DNA from: Tubiluchus corallicola
Taxonomy: Eukaryota > Animalia > Priapulida
NCBI GenBank assembly: GCA_030141605.1
Contig: JAQGDQ010001117.1
Location: 1-61,666, forward strand
DNA: 61,666 nt
Reading direction: 5' to 3'
Numbering within the stretch: the stretch's first letter is position 1; each line of letters opens with the position of its first letter. The position numbers were made by a program, and so were the translations under genes. The notes beneath the pieces were generated by a model. It saw only the letters and a program-made list of their open reading frames with translations, did not search any database and was not told where the DNA came from. This document shows positions 41,301 to 52,941 of the stretch, piece by piece.

Positions 41301-44300
41301 GTGGCTGATCTTGTGGTAAGCTTAACAACTATTTCACCTCTATTTTAGAAATGCTTGTTTTTGCAAAGTAGTTTCAAGGGCTCATGTGGTTTAACTTATC
41401 ATAAGTAATTATTAAACCAGTTAATTACGACAAGAAGCAGCAAGGTTCGATGTTTGTACAAAGAGTCAAAACTAACGTACGACTCAATATACTGATGAGG
41501 TGAAGTGATGCTAATCTATTCTTTAAAGAAGTGTAGTCAAAGAATTTTTACTGATTTATACATGAAAAATGGCCTCATGCTTACAACAATTAGCCTAATG
41601 CCTGATTCATTATAGAACGAGGTGCAGGAAAATTGTGAGTCAACCATGATTTGAACCCAGTACCCCTGCTTTTATGGCATACGATCTAGCACGATCTATA
41701 ACATTTGAGCTAATAACTCAATATGGCAAGCCTGTCTGAGACCACCCTACACACACAATCAGTCAAAGCCGCATGTCTGCTACTATTATTTGAATGCATT
41801 CGCTGAGGGGTGGATTGTCTCATAGGCCTCTCCATCTTTGCGTTTTTTTATTTTATCAGGTTTTTGTGATATAACGGATTGAAAATTGAATGCAATTTTG
41901 AAATACGTAATATTGGAGAATCTGAAGAACAGAGTCAACAACACACGCACATACGCACCATCTCACACACACATGAATAAGCTTCAAGCTGGCGTGCTGA
42001 ACATGTAAGTGTTTTCATTGTCATCACAAACATTGGAAACAATTTCAGCACAAAAACGAGATATTTTGTAGGTAACTGGAGATACTGAATGGGCACTGGC
42101 TGCCCTGGAGGACGTGAAATCATGCTGTGACAAAGAACTCAGTCAAAATATCAGCACTTGGGAGGTTGAAGGAAATGAGAATGGAACAGTCATATACAGT
42201 AAGCCGCCAGAAATAGAAGGCTCAATCTGCTATAATGAATGCAGTGGCCACGGACAATGTGTGGAAGGTAGGTGTTGTAAAAAATAAAAAACTTGATATG
42301 TACAACACAAAAACATTTGCTTTTTGACAATGGCATAAATCAGATAGCCCCACATTAGTGATTGCAAACATACCTGGCCTGTAGAGAATATTTCTATTAT
42401 CTGAACTATGCGATAGTCATCTATATATTAAGGAGGTTTAGTGAAATTTTCACTACACTATTGAGTCAACTTGTGCGATTTTTAAATGCGGGCAGCAACT
42501 TATAAAACCACCAGTTCCATTTCAGTACTGTGATATCTCAAAAGTTGTTTAAATACTAATACAAAAAGTATAAAATATTAATACAAATAGTATTCATACG
42601 TCCTAATATAAAAAGTAATCTAGATTGCAAAGCAATGGGTTGCTCCCTTATTGAGTTTTTTCTACCCATATGCGGGATATGTCATTTAGAACACCATTTA
42701 CCATTCATTGCAATAAAATCCCTTTTTTCATTTTAGAAATGTAGAATACATAATAACTCTATTGCGACATCATAGTATTGTACTGCAGGGCTGTGATGGG
42801 GTAGTGTAATACTGGCAGGAGAATACAGCAGACTTCTCAGGTGTGCGTGTGAACGTGGCTTTAGCTAGCACATAGACGCTTATTCTGACCTTGTGTTAGT
42901 GGGAGCCACTAGTCACGTGCACACCTGAGCTTATAAAAAGGGTAGGTCTGCTGTAGATCCTTGTCAGTGGTCAGTGGTCGTCTCATCTCATCTCAGCTCT
43001 GTTTGCACTTCAGGCTTTGCTCCATTCGGTAAGCTATTTGGAACATTTCTTTTTTTTGGGCAATAAATTGTCATTTTTATTTTATTATTTTGGTTTTGGT
43101 TTTTGAGACATGTCGCACGGTGTAGGCCGCGGTGCCATCCGTTCTGCCTCCACTAAAAGCGGAGAGCAGTCCAGTATTTAAAACTGACGAAAAGTTTTTA
43201 CGTGAACGATACTATGAAAAAGAACAACATCACAGCAAAATCACTTTATAATTCGTAGGCGAGTAACCCAAAAATGAAATACCTTCCCATCTATTACAAT
43301 GATGATTTTGACGATAATGATGATGATGATGATGAAGAAGGCAACGACGACTATTATCGTTAGGCTGATGACAGGTGATGAAAGTAATTATATTTTTCAC
43401 AGTTTTCTTCCATTTACATTGGCGTTTATAAAATTTTCAACGCAGGAGAGTGTCTCTGTGATGAAGGATTCATCAGCCCAGATTGCTCAGTGGATGGTAC
43501 GGCACCTCCAGACGTGTACCACATTCCATATTCTGGTTTATGTGATATTCGAAGTCGGCCATGTGAAGTAACGTCAGTTCTTGGGGACAGATTCGTGGAA
43601 AGTCCTGAACTTTCTTGTCATATAGAAGCTGCACAGGTACAAAAACATTAGCAAAATGCTATAACCTTGTTGTTTTCTTTTTTCAGGGTTCGAAATACTA
43701 GATTTACATTGTGATCCGCTCCCTAAGTTATAGTCCCATCAGATTACGTATATATGTATAATAACAGTAACTAACTTTAACGAATGTACATCTGTCATAA
43801 AATGTGCTGAAGAAAACCTATTCCGTATTTTATCAAGTCATTTTATCCATCAAAAGTCACCAGGACTGACCCATGCCAGCTTGTAAGTTGTAACTTTTGT
43901 TGGTTGATACTGCTTCCATCATAAGTGACCAGGATTAACCCATGCTATACATATATATATATATGTTCGTACACACATACAAACAGCCATTTTAAATCTA
44001 TGCAAGAGAAAACCAGATTTGTATTAAAGTTCATTTGCTGCTCATGCTCCACAGAAAAAATAAAGTACTTTGACCACTGTTGAGGATGTACAGTTAAGTT
44101 TCTGTTACTCTGTTCCTCTGCACATTTGCTAATCTATCATGCTGACTAATTTACCAGCTGCTACTTTCATTTTCATGGTAATAGTTGCTGTTGTTTTTTT
44201 TTGTTGGTATGTAGCTAAGCAGTTTATTTACAAGATAATCCATTTTAAGGTCAAAGTTTTTATTGGTTTTTCACTTAGATAACAGAAAATGGGTTTGAAC

Positions 44301-47300
44301 CAACTGGCAATGTGAGAGTCACTCCAGCTTTTCACATTTACTATGGCGAAGTAAGATGTCCTCTAGAGCTGACTAATTTGAGATCAAGTCTACTAACAGA
44401 TAAGCCAGCTGCAGGTGAGTCAAAGCATAATAGGAAACGAAGCCAGAGACTTTTGTTTGTTCTCTACTGAACTTGTCCTTTCCACTAAACAGAAATCAGA
44501 AATATGAAAGATATCAGGAATGATTTGAGACGTAATATTAAACATCATAATAAATTGATTTGAAATGTTGTGCAATTGCTGGAAATTTTCCCCTATATTG
44601 TCTGTGTGTGTTAATTTTTTTACTTTGCAAAAGTTTTTAATCGTTTTGTGCTTTGTTGCCAACAAACTTTTAATTAAACCACACAATATTTACCAGCATG
44701 AATTTTTTTCTTAAAATATGTATGCTGTTTGTAATAGTCCTTCAGTAATATATTGTAATTATATAACATCTTATGCACTGCATTTAATTGTCAATACGTT
44801 GTCTGCTAACTAAGATAATTCACATCTTAAAACAATAGCTGTGGCATGAGGATACACAAGATGTGTCTGAACAATGTGGTAGAGTTTATAACATATTTAA
44901 TTGATAATTCAGAACGCTCTATTACAAACATGTCTTGAGAGTTATGACATGGTGGAGACTGCTCTCCTGTTATGCATGCGCATATTAAATAGACTTTGAG
45001 ATATTATTACATGGTAAAACTATTGTTTATCCATACAAAAATGACCTGTTTTACACATTTCAAATTAATGAATAGTTTATTTTTATAGCATTCTATGTGA
45101 GTGTGAGTAATGATGGTATTGCACCGAATGAAGATGCTCTCTTGTTTGTTGTTTACGATTCAGTGTGTCAGTCTTGCGACAATTCTACTGGTTGCACTTT
45201 GAAGGTATTTAAATAACAGTTCTTGTCGTGTTCTAGTAAGTTCTTGTAAAGCTTAATGTCTCTGCTGTGTGTGAAAGATGCCTATTGCAATTGTTTGCAA
45301 GTGCATATGAGCAGAATATAACTAACAATTGTTTTTATTTCTTGTTATGTATCTTAGGAAAATTCCTGTTTAATATCTGGGAAATGTTATGCTCCTGGCG
45401 AGGAGAACCCAGATGTACATTGTTTAGTATGTGATCCCACGAATTCCAACAGCACATGGACACAAACGGTTAGTTTAGATTAAATTAGATTTCTATACTG
45501 TAAAACTTATCGTACTTATAATTATAATTGCATTGTCGAAGTATCACTTATCTGTGTTAACTTCTAATCTCGAGGTCGACTTCTGTTCCTCGGTTGTTTT
45601 ATCTCTGTCTGTCTTTTGTATTCCCAATTTTGGCTACTGTATTTTCTGTATCTTGACATAAGCTTTCTGTATTCTCATCTGGTTATGTGGTCGGCAGTTG
45701 CTTGCTGTCCATATGACTGCTAAGCAGTTGCTTTTTCACTACTTTTGTCTGTTTTATTTTTGTGTGCCAACTCTATTTCTTGATTGGTTTTTGCAGTTTC
45801 TTTGCCTATTTGTCACGCCTCTATATCTACTTTCGGTTATGTGATTGACTTTGGATTTCCTTTGGTAATGTCGAGCCACTGCATTTGTATGTCAACTTAC
45901 GATCTTGATTTGTTTCTGCAGTTAGTTTATCTATGTGCCTCTTTTCTACATGAACTTCTGATTTAGTTGAGTTCTGCAGTTGCCCAGATTGAATTTTGCC
46001 ATTCCATCACCTAGCTAAGAGTAAACTTGGAGTTAAGGTCGACTTCAACCATTGTTTTATCTCTGTGTGACTTTCCAGTCTCTAATCCATTCCTAATTTA
46101 AGCTTGATTTCTGCAGTTGCCTCACTTCTACTTCACTTTCTGTGTCAAATACTGGTCCGAAGATTGGAGGATTGGGGTGTTATGTTAATTTCAGAAGTGC
46201 AGAACATGAAATACAAACAATTTAACTGTATTATTTATCATATACTGTATGAGCTATCATTTTGTCAGTGTATTTTTTACTTTTTTCCTTTTATTACCAA
46301 CTCTGGATTTATATGTAACTTGCATTTGGCATACAAGATCTATTTGGTTTTCACTATATTTATGTTCTGCTTATTTTGCTCTAGGAGGATTCTTGTCTGA
46401 TATCCCAGCAATGTTTTGAAGATGGTGACATAAATCCGGAAAATATGTGTGAGATGTGCAACATTTCAGAATCAAGTTCAACTTGGTCAGTTAATGTAAG
46501 TACTAAAGCAAGCAGATAAGACGCTTGCTCTGTGTACTCATCCAGTCAGGTTTATGATGTGACATATCTTGTGATATTTTTACATGGTGTAAATATTCAA
46601 CGCTGTTCAACAAGGTATTCTTTGCTATAGCATAATATTTTCTGGTCCCTTAATTACAACTTTATTATTTTCAGCCTAACAGGTGTGAAATTGATGGAGA
46701 CTGTTGGGGCCCACAAGATGAACAGCCAGGTAGAAATTGTTTGACTTGTGATCCTGCAAGTTCAACTACATCGTGGACTCAGAAGGTGGGTGTCACCCGA
46801 AAATAGAAAACATAAACAGTAATCTTCTTTATAAGTTCAATTGAAAAAGTAGATTAGAATTTTAAAGCAGCTCAAACATCAAATGATCAGGTTGCGTTAG
46901 TCTGGGAATTGTACGTTATTCCCTTGTGAATTAGCTCAAAATGCCATAGGAAAACTTAGGAGATGACATCAGACATTTACAGAGAGAAATATCTTTTTTA
47001 GCATTACAGTGTTGATAAAATAAAGCAAAACAATATTAAATCAACATCGAATTGCATCAAAATTTGATTAAGGAAACGGTACTGCGGTTTTTCGACTCTG
47101 TCTATTCTAACTGACATTTTATTTTAGGCCAGCTTGAACAGCAAAGTTTCAGTTGGTCTAAGATTCGTGGTTATGTAGATACTAATTTTGCACATTTTGC
47201 ACTTCGGGTCATAGTAATCTGTAAAACTCCATGAAGTTTTTTATGGGAAGAGAATGAAAATCTTTGTGCTACATACAGCCTGGGATTGCTACGTGTTGGA

Positions 47301-48120
47301 ATAGAAAATTTCATAGTAAAAATTTTTTACACAGTTTGCAGGCTATAAGTTATTTTGCCTAATCCATTTCATTAGTAAAAATTTCTGATTTTGCTGATGT
47401 TTGTTTTAGCCGATCCATATTATGTTTTTTTCTTTTACAGTTACGTACATGCCTCATAGAGGGACAGTGTTTTGAAGATCTTGAGGCTGATCCAGAAAAC
47501 AGTTGTTGGTTTTGCAGTGCTGACCAAAATCCTACTCAATGGACACTCAATGTGAGTGTAACACTATGCAAATCAACAATTTGCCGATAATTCAATTCCA
47601 TCTATATAACAGTTGCTGTAGATTAGCATTTGGTCTATCATAGTAAAATGTTTATGGTTTTTGCAGTTATTTCCAATCAAGGTAACTTCACCTCTGTGTT
47701 TTAGAAGATTTGCCACCATGTATGCATAGTTGTAACTTTTGGTACAAAACAATGAACATTGAAATTTATTGTCTCTTTGCAGAACACAGGTGACTGCTTG
47801 CTGTCTACAGAATTACCAACAACACCGGATTTGACAGGTTGGTCAAAATAATTGTTGAAAGTTCTATTTCTGTTTTGGTATTATGTTATGCCACTGTTCT
47901 TTATGTTTTTTTTTCGCTTATTGTGAGAACTTCTTGTGTAATTTCAGAATGGTGCAGTGGTAAACCAGATGGTAGTTATTCTCATCCCACTGATTGCACA
48001 AAGTTTATTGTTTGTTCCCATGACCAGACGTTCTTTTTTGATTGTCCTCCAGGGTTACATTACAACGAACAAGAAGCAAAATGTGATTGGCCAGAAAACG
48101 CCAACTGCGAAATCAATTAA
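25549..48120 (+). CDS. Secreted VWDE-like (von Willebrand factor D and EGF domain) mosaic protein with C-terminal chitin-binding type-2 domain, 25 exons, about 1286 aa
   Basis: Exons: 25549-25703, 26786-26946, 27751-27880, 29421-29521, 29674-29856, 30301-30363, 30962-31293, 32005-32214, 32700-32882, 33846-33943, 34482-34554, 36978-37181, 38716-38903, 39870-40173, 41151-41315, 42072-42267, 43446-43636, 44279-44414, 45089-45204, 45358-45468, 46385-46495, 46675-46785, 47441-47551, 47783-47837, 47948-48120; all GT-AG with matching phases (exon-2 donor uncertain). Motifs: signal peptide MFPDLLRAAFCLLCFGLSLFDC; TSP1 WTEWLPCTRTCGGG; EGF CQCVPGRSGSCC; D8C-like GWYRF..MPETCV..HCNT..PLWL..NCGEFTVYYL; VWD CKSMNDPHMTTFDG...[39 protein letters not shown]; CBM14 CSGKPDGSYSHPTDCTKFIVC...DCPPGLHYN....CDWPENANC. 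Confidence 0.9.
25724..26102. repeat. About 39-40-bp minisatellite array in intron 1 (possibly Helitron-like element); counterpart at 53125-53500
   Basis: Tandem units resembling AAATATGGTACAGGAAAAAATGGCACAAATGGGAAAGTAGGT; array starts at CTAGTCT(G/A)GAATGCGAA in both gene copies. Confidence 0.75.
26455..26521. repeat. (GT)n/(GCGTGT)n microsatellite
   Basis: Direct inspection. Confidence 0.93.
35152..35307. repeat. (CT)n microsatellite
   Basis: Near-perfect CT array. Confidence 0.97.
35625..36590 (-). mobile_element. LTR-like repeat, copy A
   Basis: Co-linear diverged homology with 37245-38514 (shared CCGAGGGCTTT.GTT.AGTC, CTTGCGTTGTGAGT, GTCTCGGACACA); ends AAATTTATTCACAACA, i.e. TGTTGTGAATAAAT on the minus strand. 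Confidence 0.5.
37245..38514 (-). mobile_element. LTR-like repeat, copy B
   Basis: Homologous to 35625-36590; ends AAATTTATTCATAACA (TGTTATGAATAAAT on minus). Confidence 0.5.
40733..40865. repeat. 28-bp minisatellite, about 5 units
   Basis: GGTGA core at 40741, 40769, 40797, 40825, 40853 (period 28). Confidence 0.85.
41620..41815 (-). mobile_element. Degenerate tRNA-derived SINE-like fragment
   Basis: Minus strand shows TAGCTCAAATG (A-box-like) and GGGTTCAAATC (B-box-like). Confidence 0.35.
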
Positions 48121-48834
48121 GATTGTTGTATTGAGCATGGAGTATTGAGCATAGAAATAATGGCCTATTTAGGAGCATGTTTAAAAAATTATGCTGATTT
48201 TATACATTGTCATTTTTGTATGTGTAATATGATTGACATGTTTAAAGTGTACTGGTGTTACACAGAGTTCATTTTACTTATTTGTTCTTGATGACATAAT
48301 GACTGTAGAAATAAGTTGCAGTCGAGTTATCTAAGGATAATGTAGTCAGTAATATAGCAAGTTTTTAATTAGTAGTCTGTTAATCATAAAAAATCTATCC
48401 GCTCACAAAAAAAGATTTGCATTCTCAAATGGTAACCAATTTTGAGACGCTATTATTAAAGGCGTCCACTAATATGAAAGTACAACAGGCCTTTAGTTCA
48501 AAGCTATTAAATGTGAACTGAGCAAATACTATAGTTATGCTTGTTTGTAATGGTTATGCAACTATTAAATACTAAGCAGAAAGAAAATCTATGTGTGTAG
48601 TTAATAGAAAAGCAAACAGTTGTATTGTTATTAAAATTATTATTACATTATATCATTATTACAATTATGTTACTGACTTGTCATTGAGTTTATCAACAAA
48701 ATAGATAGGTAATGATTGTCAATGCTAATGTTTGTATTGAGTGTTTTTTAGTGATATAACAGTAGCAACAACAATAGGAGCCATAACTGCAGTGCCAGCA
48801 GTAGGGACAAAAGCTAGAACAAGAAAAACAACAG

Positions 48835-49090
48835 GTACAGCCACAGCAACAGCAGCAACAACAACAACAATGACAACAACAACATCAACGGCAACAGCAG
48901 CAGCAATGACAACAACAACAGCAACAACAACAATGACCCAACAATTATGACAACAACAACATCAATGGCAACAGCAGCAGCAACGACAACAACAACAACA
49001 ACAATTATGACAACAACAACATCAACGGCAACAGCAGCAGCAATAATAGCAACAACAACAGCAGCAACAAAAACAACAACAACAAAAGCA
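48835..49090. repeat. Degenerate (CAA/CAG)n low-complexity repeat
   Basis: Direct inspection; internal near-duplicated blocks. Confidence 0.9.
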
Positions 49091-49169
49091 GTAACATCTT
49101 CAATAACAATATGAGCTTTAACCAAAAACAACATCACTAAACAGTAAAAACCACCCATAATGCTTGTTT

Positions 49170-50602
49170 TATTTCTTGGCAAAGCCACTGATCGAGCTAA
49201 ATAATTAACTTAGCCATCATAAGCTATCAGTGGGCTACCTCAAGACCCTTCAAAAGACTAAGAGCTTTGAAGGGGTTCTGCTATGACAGGATGCGGAGTG
49301 ATAAAGCAGTTCATTGTCAAGCAGTCGGAAGATAACCAATTAGTCCCAAGTTACATAACTTTGTATGGAAAGACTTTTGAAACATTTTAGAATTTCATTT
49401 TCTTTCTTATAAGGTCTGTTGTGTCTTTTTGTCCCTTTCTTAACATTTTCAGGCCCATTAGAGACTTTTTATACCAGTGGTGTGCAAAGTGCGGCCCGCC
49501 GAGAAATTTTGTGCGGCCCGCAAAGAGATATGTCAACCTAATGAAAGTGAGGCCTGGGCGTTGAATTGCGTGTATCCAGTTGTATTCCGCGTCACGATTA
49601 CAAAGATAGTGCGGGTAGTTTTTTCCACTAGATCGGATAGCATTAACCCTTACAAGACGGTTGTCACTTAATGTCACTGTCGGACATGACGAAATTAGGC
49701 GTTGCTCACTTGGAACACAAAAAAGCGATATAATCACAGAACACAGCAAATTATCACGGAAGCCGCCATTGAAACGCTCGAGCGTGCAAGAAATGCGAAA
49801 AGCAATCTGATTGGCTGGTAGGAAGACCAACCAGACAATCTCTACGCTTTTATTATCGAGGCTGTCGATCTGCCTAGCCGTCTTCTTGGTCACAGCAGGT
49901 AGAAAAATGATCTACCTACTATGACCAAGAAGACGATTAGGCAGATCAATTTGTAAGTAACCAGCAAGCTGAAAAAGTGTGGTCACCCCTGATTTAGGGG
50001 GGATTCCCAGATTTTAGTTACTGCTTAGGCTTAGTAGTACACGCTTCATTAGTGGTTCTTTCATCGTTTCACCAGGTGTAGTGTTCTTATAGATCGGAAT
50101 CACGGATAAGAAAAAAGAGGAAGATTGAAAAAGAACATCGTGTCAAAACAGATTAATATGCACTGTACTACACAGACTGTGTGATACACATTGCTAATAT
50201 GCATTGTAATGAAATTAGCACTATCTGTCGTGAAAGTAGAAATATATGGTTTTTAATATAAATTTTAATAATTTCTAAAATAGTTTTTTGAGTGTAGCAG
50301 TGCAGTAGTAATGATGTCCGCAGATCGCATGCAAAAAAATGTTATTACGTCCTACTGTACTTGGCTCCTTGATCTAACTGCTCGTGGCCCGCAGAAATTG
50401 CGGAAAAGTTTAATGTGGCCCGGCTAGTCAGATAATTAGCACACCCCTGTTTTATACAAAGAGTTTAAAAGATAAAGGGCATGTATTACTTAATACACAG
50501 ATCGCAAACAGTCAACCTACATGGGTCCACCTCGCCACGGCCAATATGCTCTCCCTTTGTCTGCATTGAAATATACTGTGAGAGTTAATTTCAAGTGTAT
50601 TA

Positions 50603-50648
<46 letters not shown>

Positions 50649-50826
50649 TACAAGTATTGGTATTTGGCATTTTGATAATTTAGTTAGATTTCAGTTGGTT
50701 TATGATGAAATATCTGTCAGCTGTCGTATTGAATATTGGTTTTAGTTTTCCTCTTGATGCAAAGTCCAGAAAGTACGTAATCACACACACAACGAAAAAG
50801 CGGCCCCGATATTTTATTTTGACTTA
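49170..50826. repeat. Inverted copy of the 9221-9816 repeat, split by nested insertions
   Basis: Homology broken between 49418 and ~50503; (TAT)n at 50601-50648. Confidence 0.8.
49475..50449. mobile_element. hAT (Charlie-like) non-autonomous DNA transposon
   Basis: Imperfect TIRs CAGTGGTGTGCAAA / TTAGCACACCCCTG, subterminal GCGGCCCGC motifs, perfect 8-bp TSD TTTTATAC (49467-49474, 50450-50457). Confidence 0.88.
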
Positions 50827-52941
50827 GAATGTGTCAGTTACTAAGCCAACCAAAAATATCACCTATAATCTCATTTTCAACCTTTAGTTTTGGGAAAAAC
50901 CCATAGTTGTTGTTTCAATTACTAAGTCAACTAAAATCATACCCATGTCATTTTCGACATTAATAATTGTACTGGAAAAATACTTGTTATGTTTTTGAAC
51001 CAAGATATGACCAGAAAGAGATTTATGTTGTAAATATATCTTAGCTTAGCTTAGATATGAACAGGGGCACCTGAGTACACTTTTGACAAATGAAGTCGTT
51101 TGTCAGCAGGATGGGCTACATTTCAGCTACAATAACCCACCAATCCTCTCAGCATTTTAAGTGCTAGAATAATAGCTGAATAATAAAATCACTAGAGAGC
51201 CTAGAGATTTCTAAAAAAATTAACTTGCATATTAATTCACGCCATAACTATTACTTAAAAAAGCTTTGATTTTGTTTTGTTTTGTTTTGTTGTAGAATTT
51301 GTTTCCATCACAGGTTTCTATGTGGTGCAGTAGTCCAACTGATGATGTTGTAGTTCAAATGTAGGATCGTTTCTTATTGTTTCGCATTTTTTCTCCAGAA
51401 CGTTTTGCATTTTTCCGTCATGAACGAACAAAGTGAAGTGAACGTGATGTGACGTGGCTGGCTTTAAGGTTTTTGTTAATAAGCTGTTGAATAAAGCGGG
51501 ATTTTGACCAAATTACTCATGTCGTCTGTAGCAACTTGTTTTATTAGTGACAGAGTGTGTTAAATAGGCCCTAGCCTTCTAAAGGAGAGGTAAGTGTGCC
51601 TGTTAGGTGTTAACGTTTCTTCATTTCAAGATTCGTTTCACTTATGTTTGAAGAAGTGCAGAACTAACAGTTATTAATTTCATTTTTAACCGATAAATTA
51701 TCCGAATAAACTATCAGAAAATATAACTTATGGGTTGAATTTTATTTAATGAGTAATTGTGTTATAAACAGATTTCAGTGTTGTACACTGCGTAAGACAG
51801 CATGTCTGTGAATATGATAACGCAAGATTTTACTGGTTCGATACGCCCAAATGAATCATATGCAGTTATAGCCACATTATCAAGACTTAGCTGAACAAAA
51901 ATGTTTCACGTTGTCTGAGAAAGGTATTGAAAGTACGAGAGCCAACAGCAAGAATCCAGAATCTGCATCTGCAATTCTACATTCTATTCACTTTAACTAA
52001 ATTTTAGGTTACTAGAACAACTACAAAAGTTATCACTAAAAATTGCGTCTTAGTTTTGCACATCACCTAGTTGCGTCGCGGCACCAATTGACAGTTGTTC
52101 TCGTTAACTAAATATTATTTGCGATTGGAGGCAACTTGGCGACGTATTTTGAAACGACCCGAAGATAAAACTTTTTTCAAGAGCTGATCTCCTGCTGTTC
52201 GGATTTTTTTTTACGCTTTACGCACTCACATTGAATGACATGTTTCTAGAAATGAAGGTATTTATAATACATTTTCTGCTTTAAATAGTCTAAGTGACTA
52301 ATGTGAAATTGTCTCACATGTCCTGACTATCTATCAATAAAATATGGAGTTTTAAAACATTACTGGTACTTTAAAAAAGCATAGTTATTAAAAATTCGTT
52401 CATTTAGTTATTCTACTTATAACCAGTTTATAATATCACAATAATACTTTTTGAGGTCTATTTTTCTTTAAAAAAATTATAATGTTGCTACTGATGATTA
52501 TTGGTTACAATAAATTTATTGGACACGTTTACAAATGATATAATTAGTTCCTCGTCTCTATTTGAAAAAGTACATGGTGACCTGGTCTTGTCGGAAAAAG
52601 CTATTTCTACCTAGATACTCGAATGTTTAATCCGCGATATCGTCGTAAGTATGCATAAGAAAGTTTTCTCTGTTTGGTGAAAATATTATTATCATGCACA
52701 CTGACATTCATTAATTCATCGATTTATCAAAGCGTACACAGCTCGACCACGTACGCGGAGCCTTGGCGCGGGGCCCAATTTGAACAAATCTGTCGAATTG
52801 GATTAGAACTTGCTGTGATAATGGTGTCACATTTTGATAAGAGAGACCCGTGTTGCGCGCTATAAGAATGCGGGCCTACTTTCGAAAACAACAATATTGC
52901 GCTTGTTGTAGCACGATATTATACATAGCTGTGATGCAGAG

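Noticed and set aside
48741-49188. Thr/Ala-rich ORF as possible mucin exon of the VWDE-like gene
   Set aside because: Lies after the stop at 48120; degenerate CAA/CAG microsatellite without convincing splice context.
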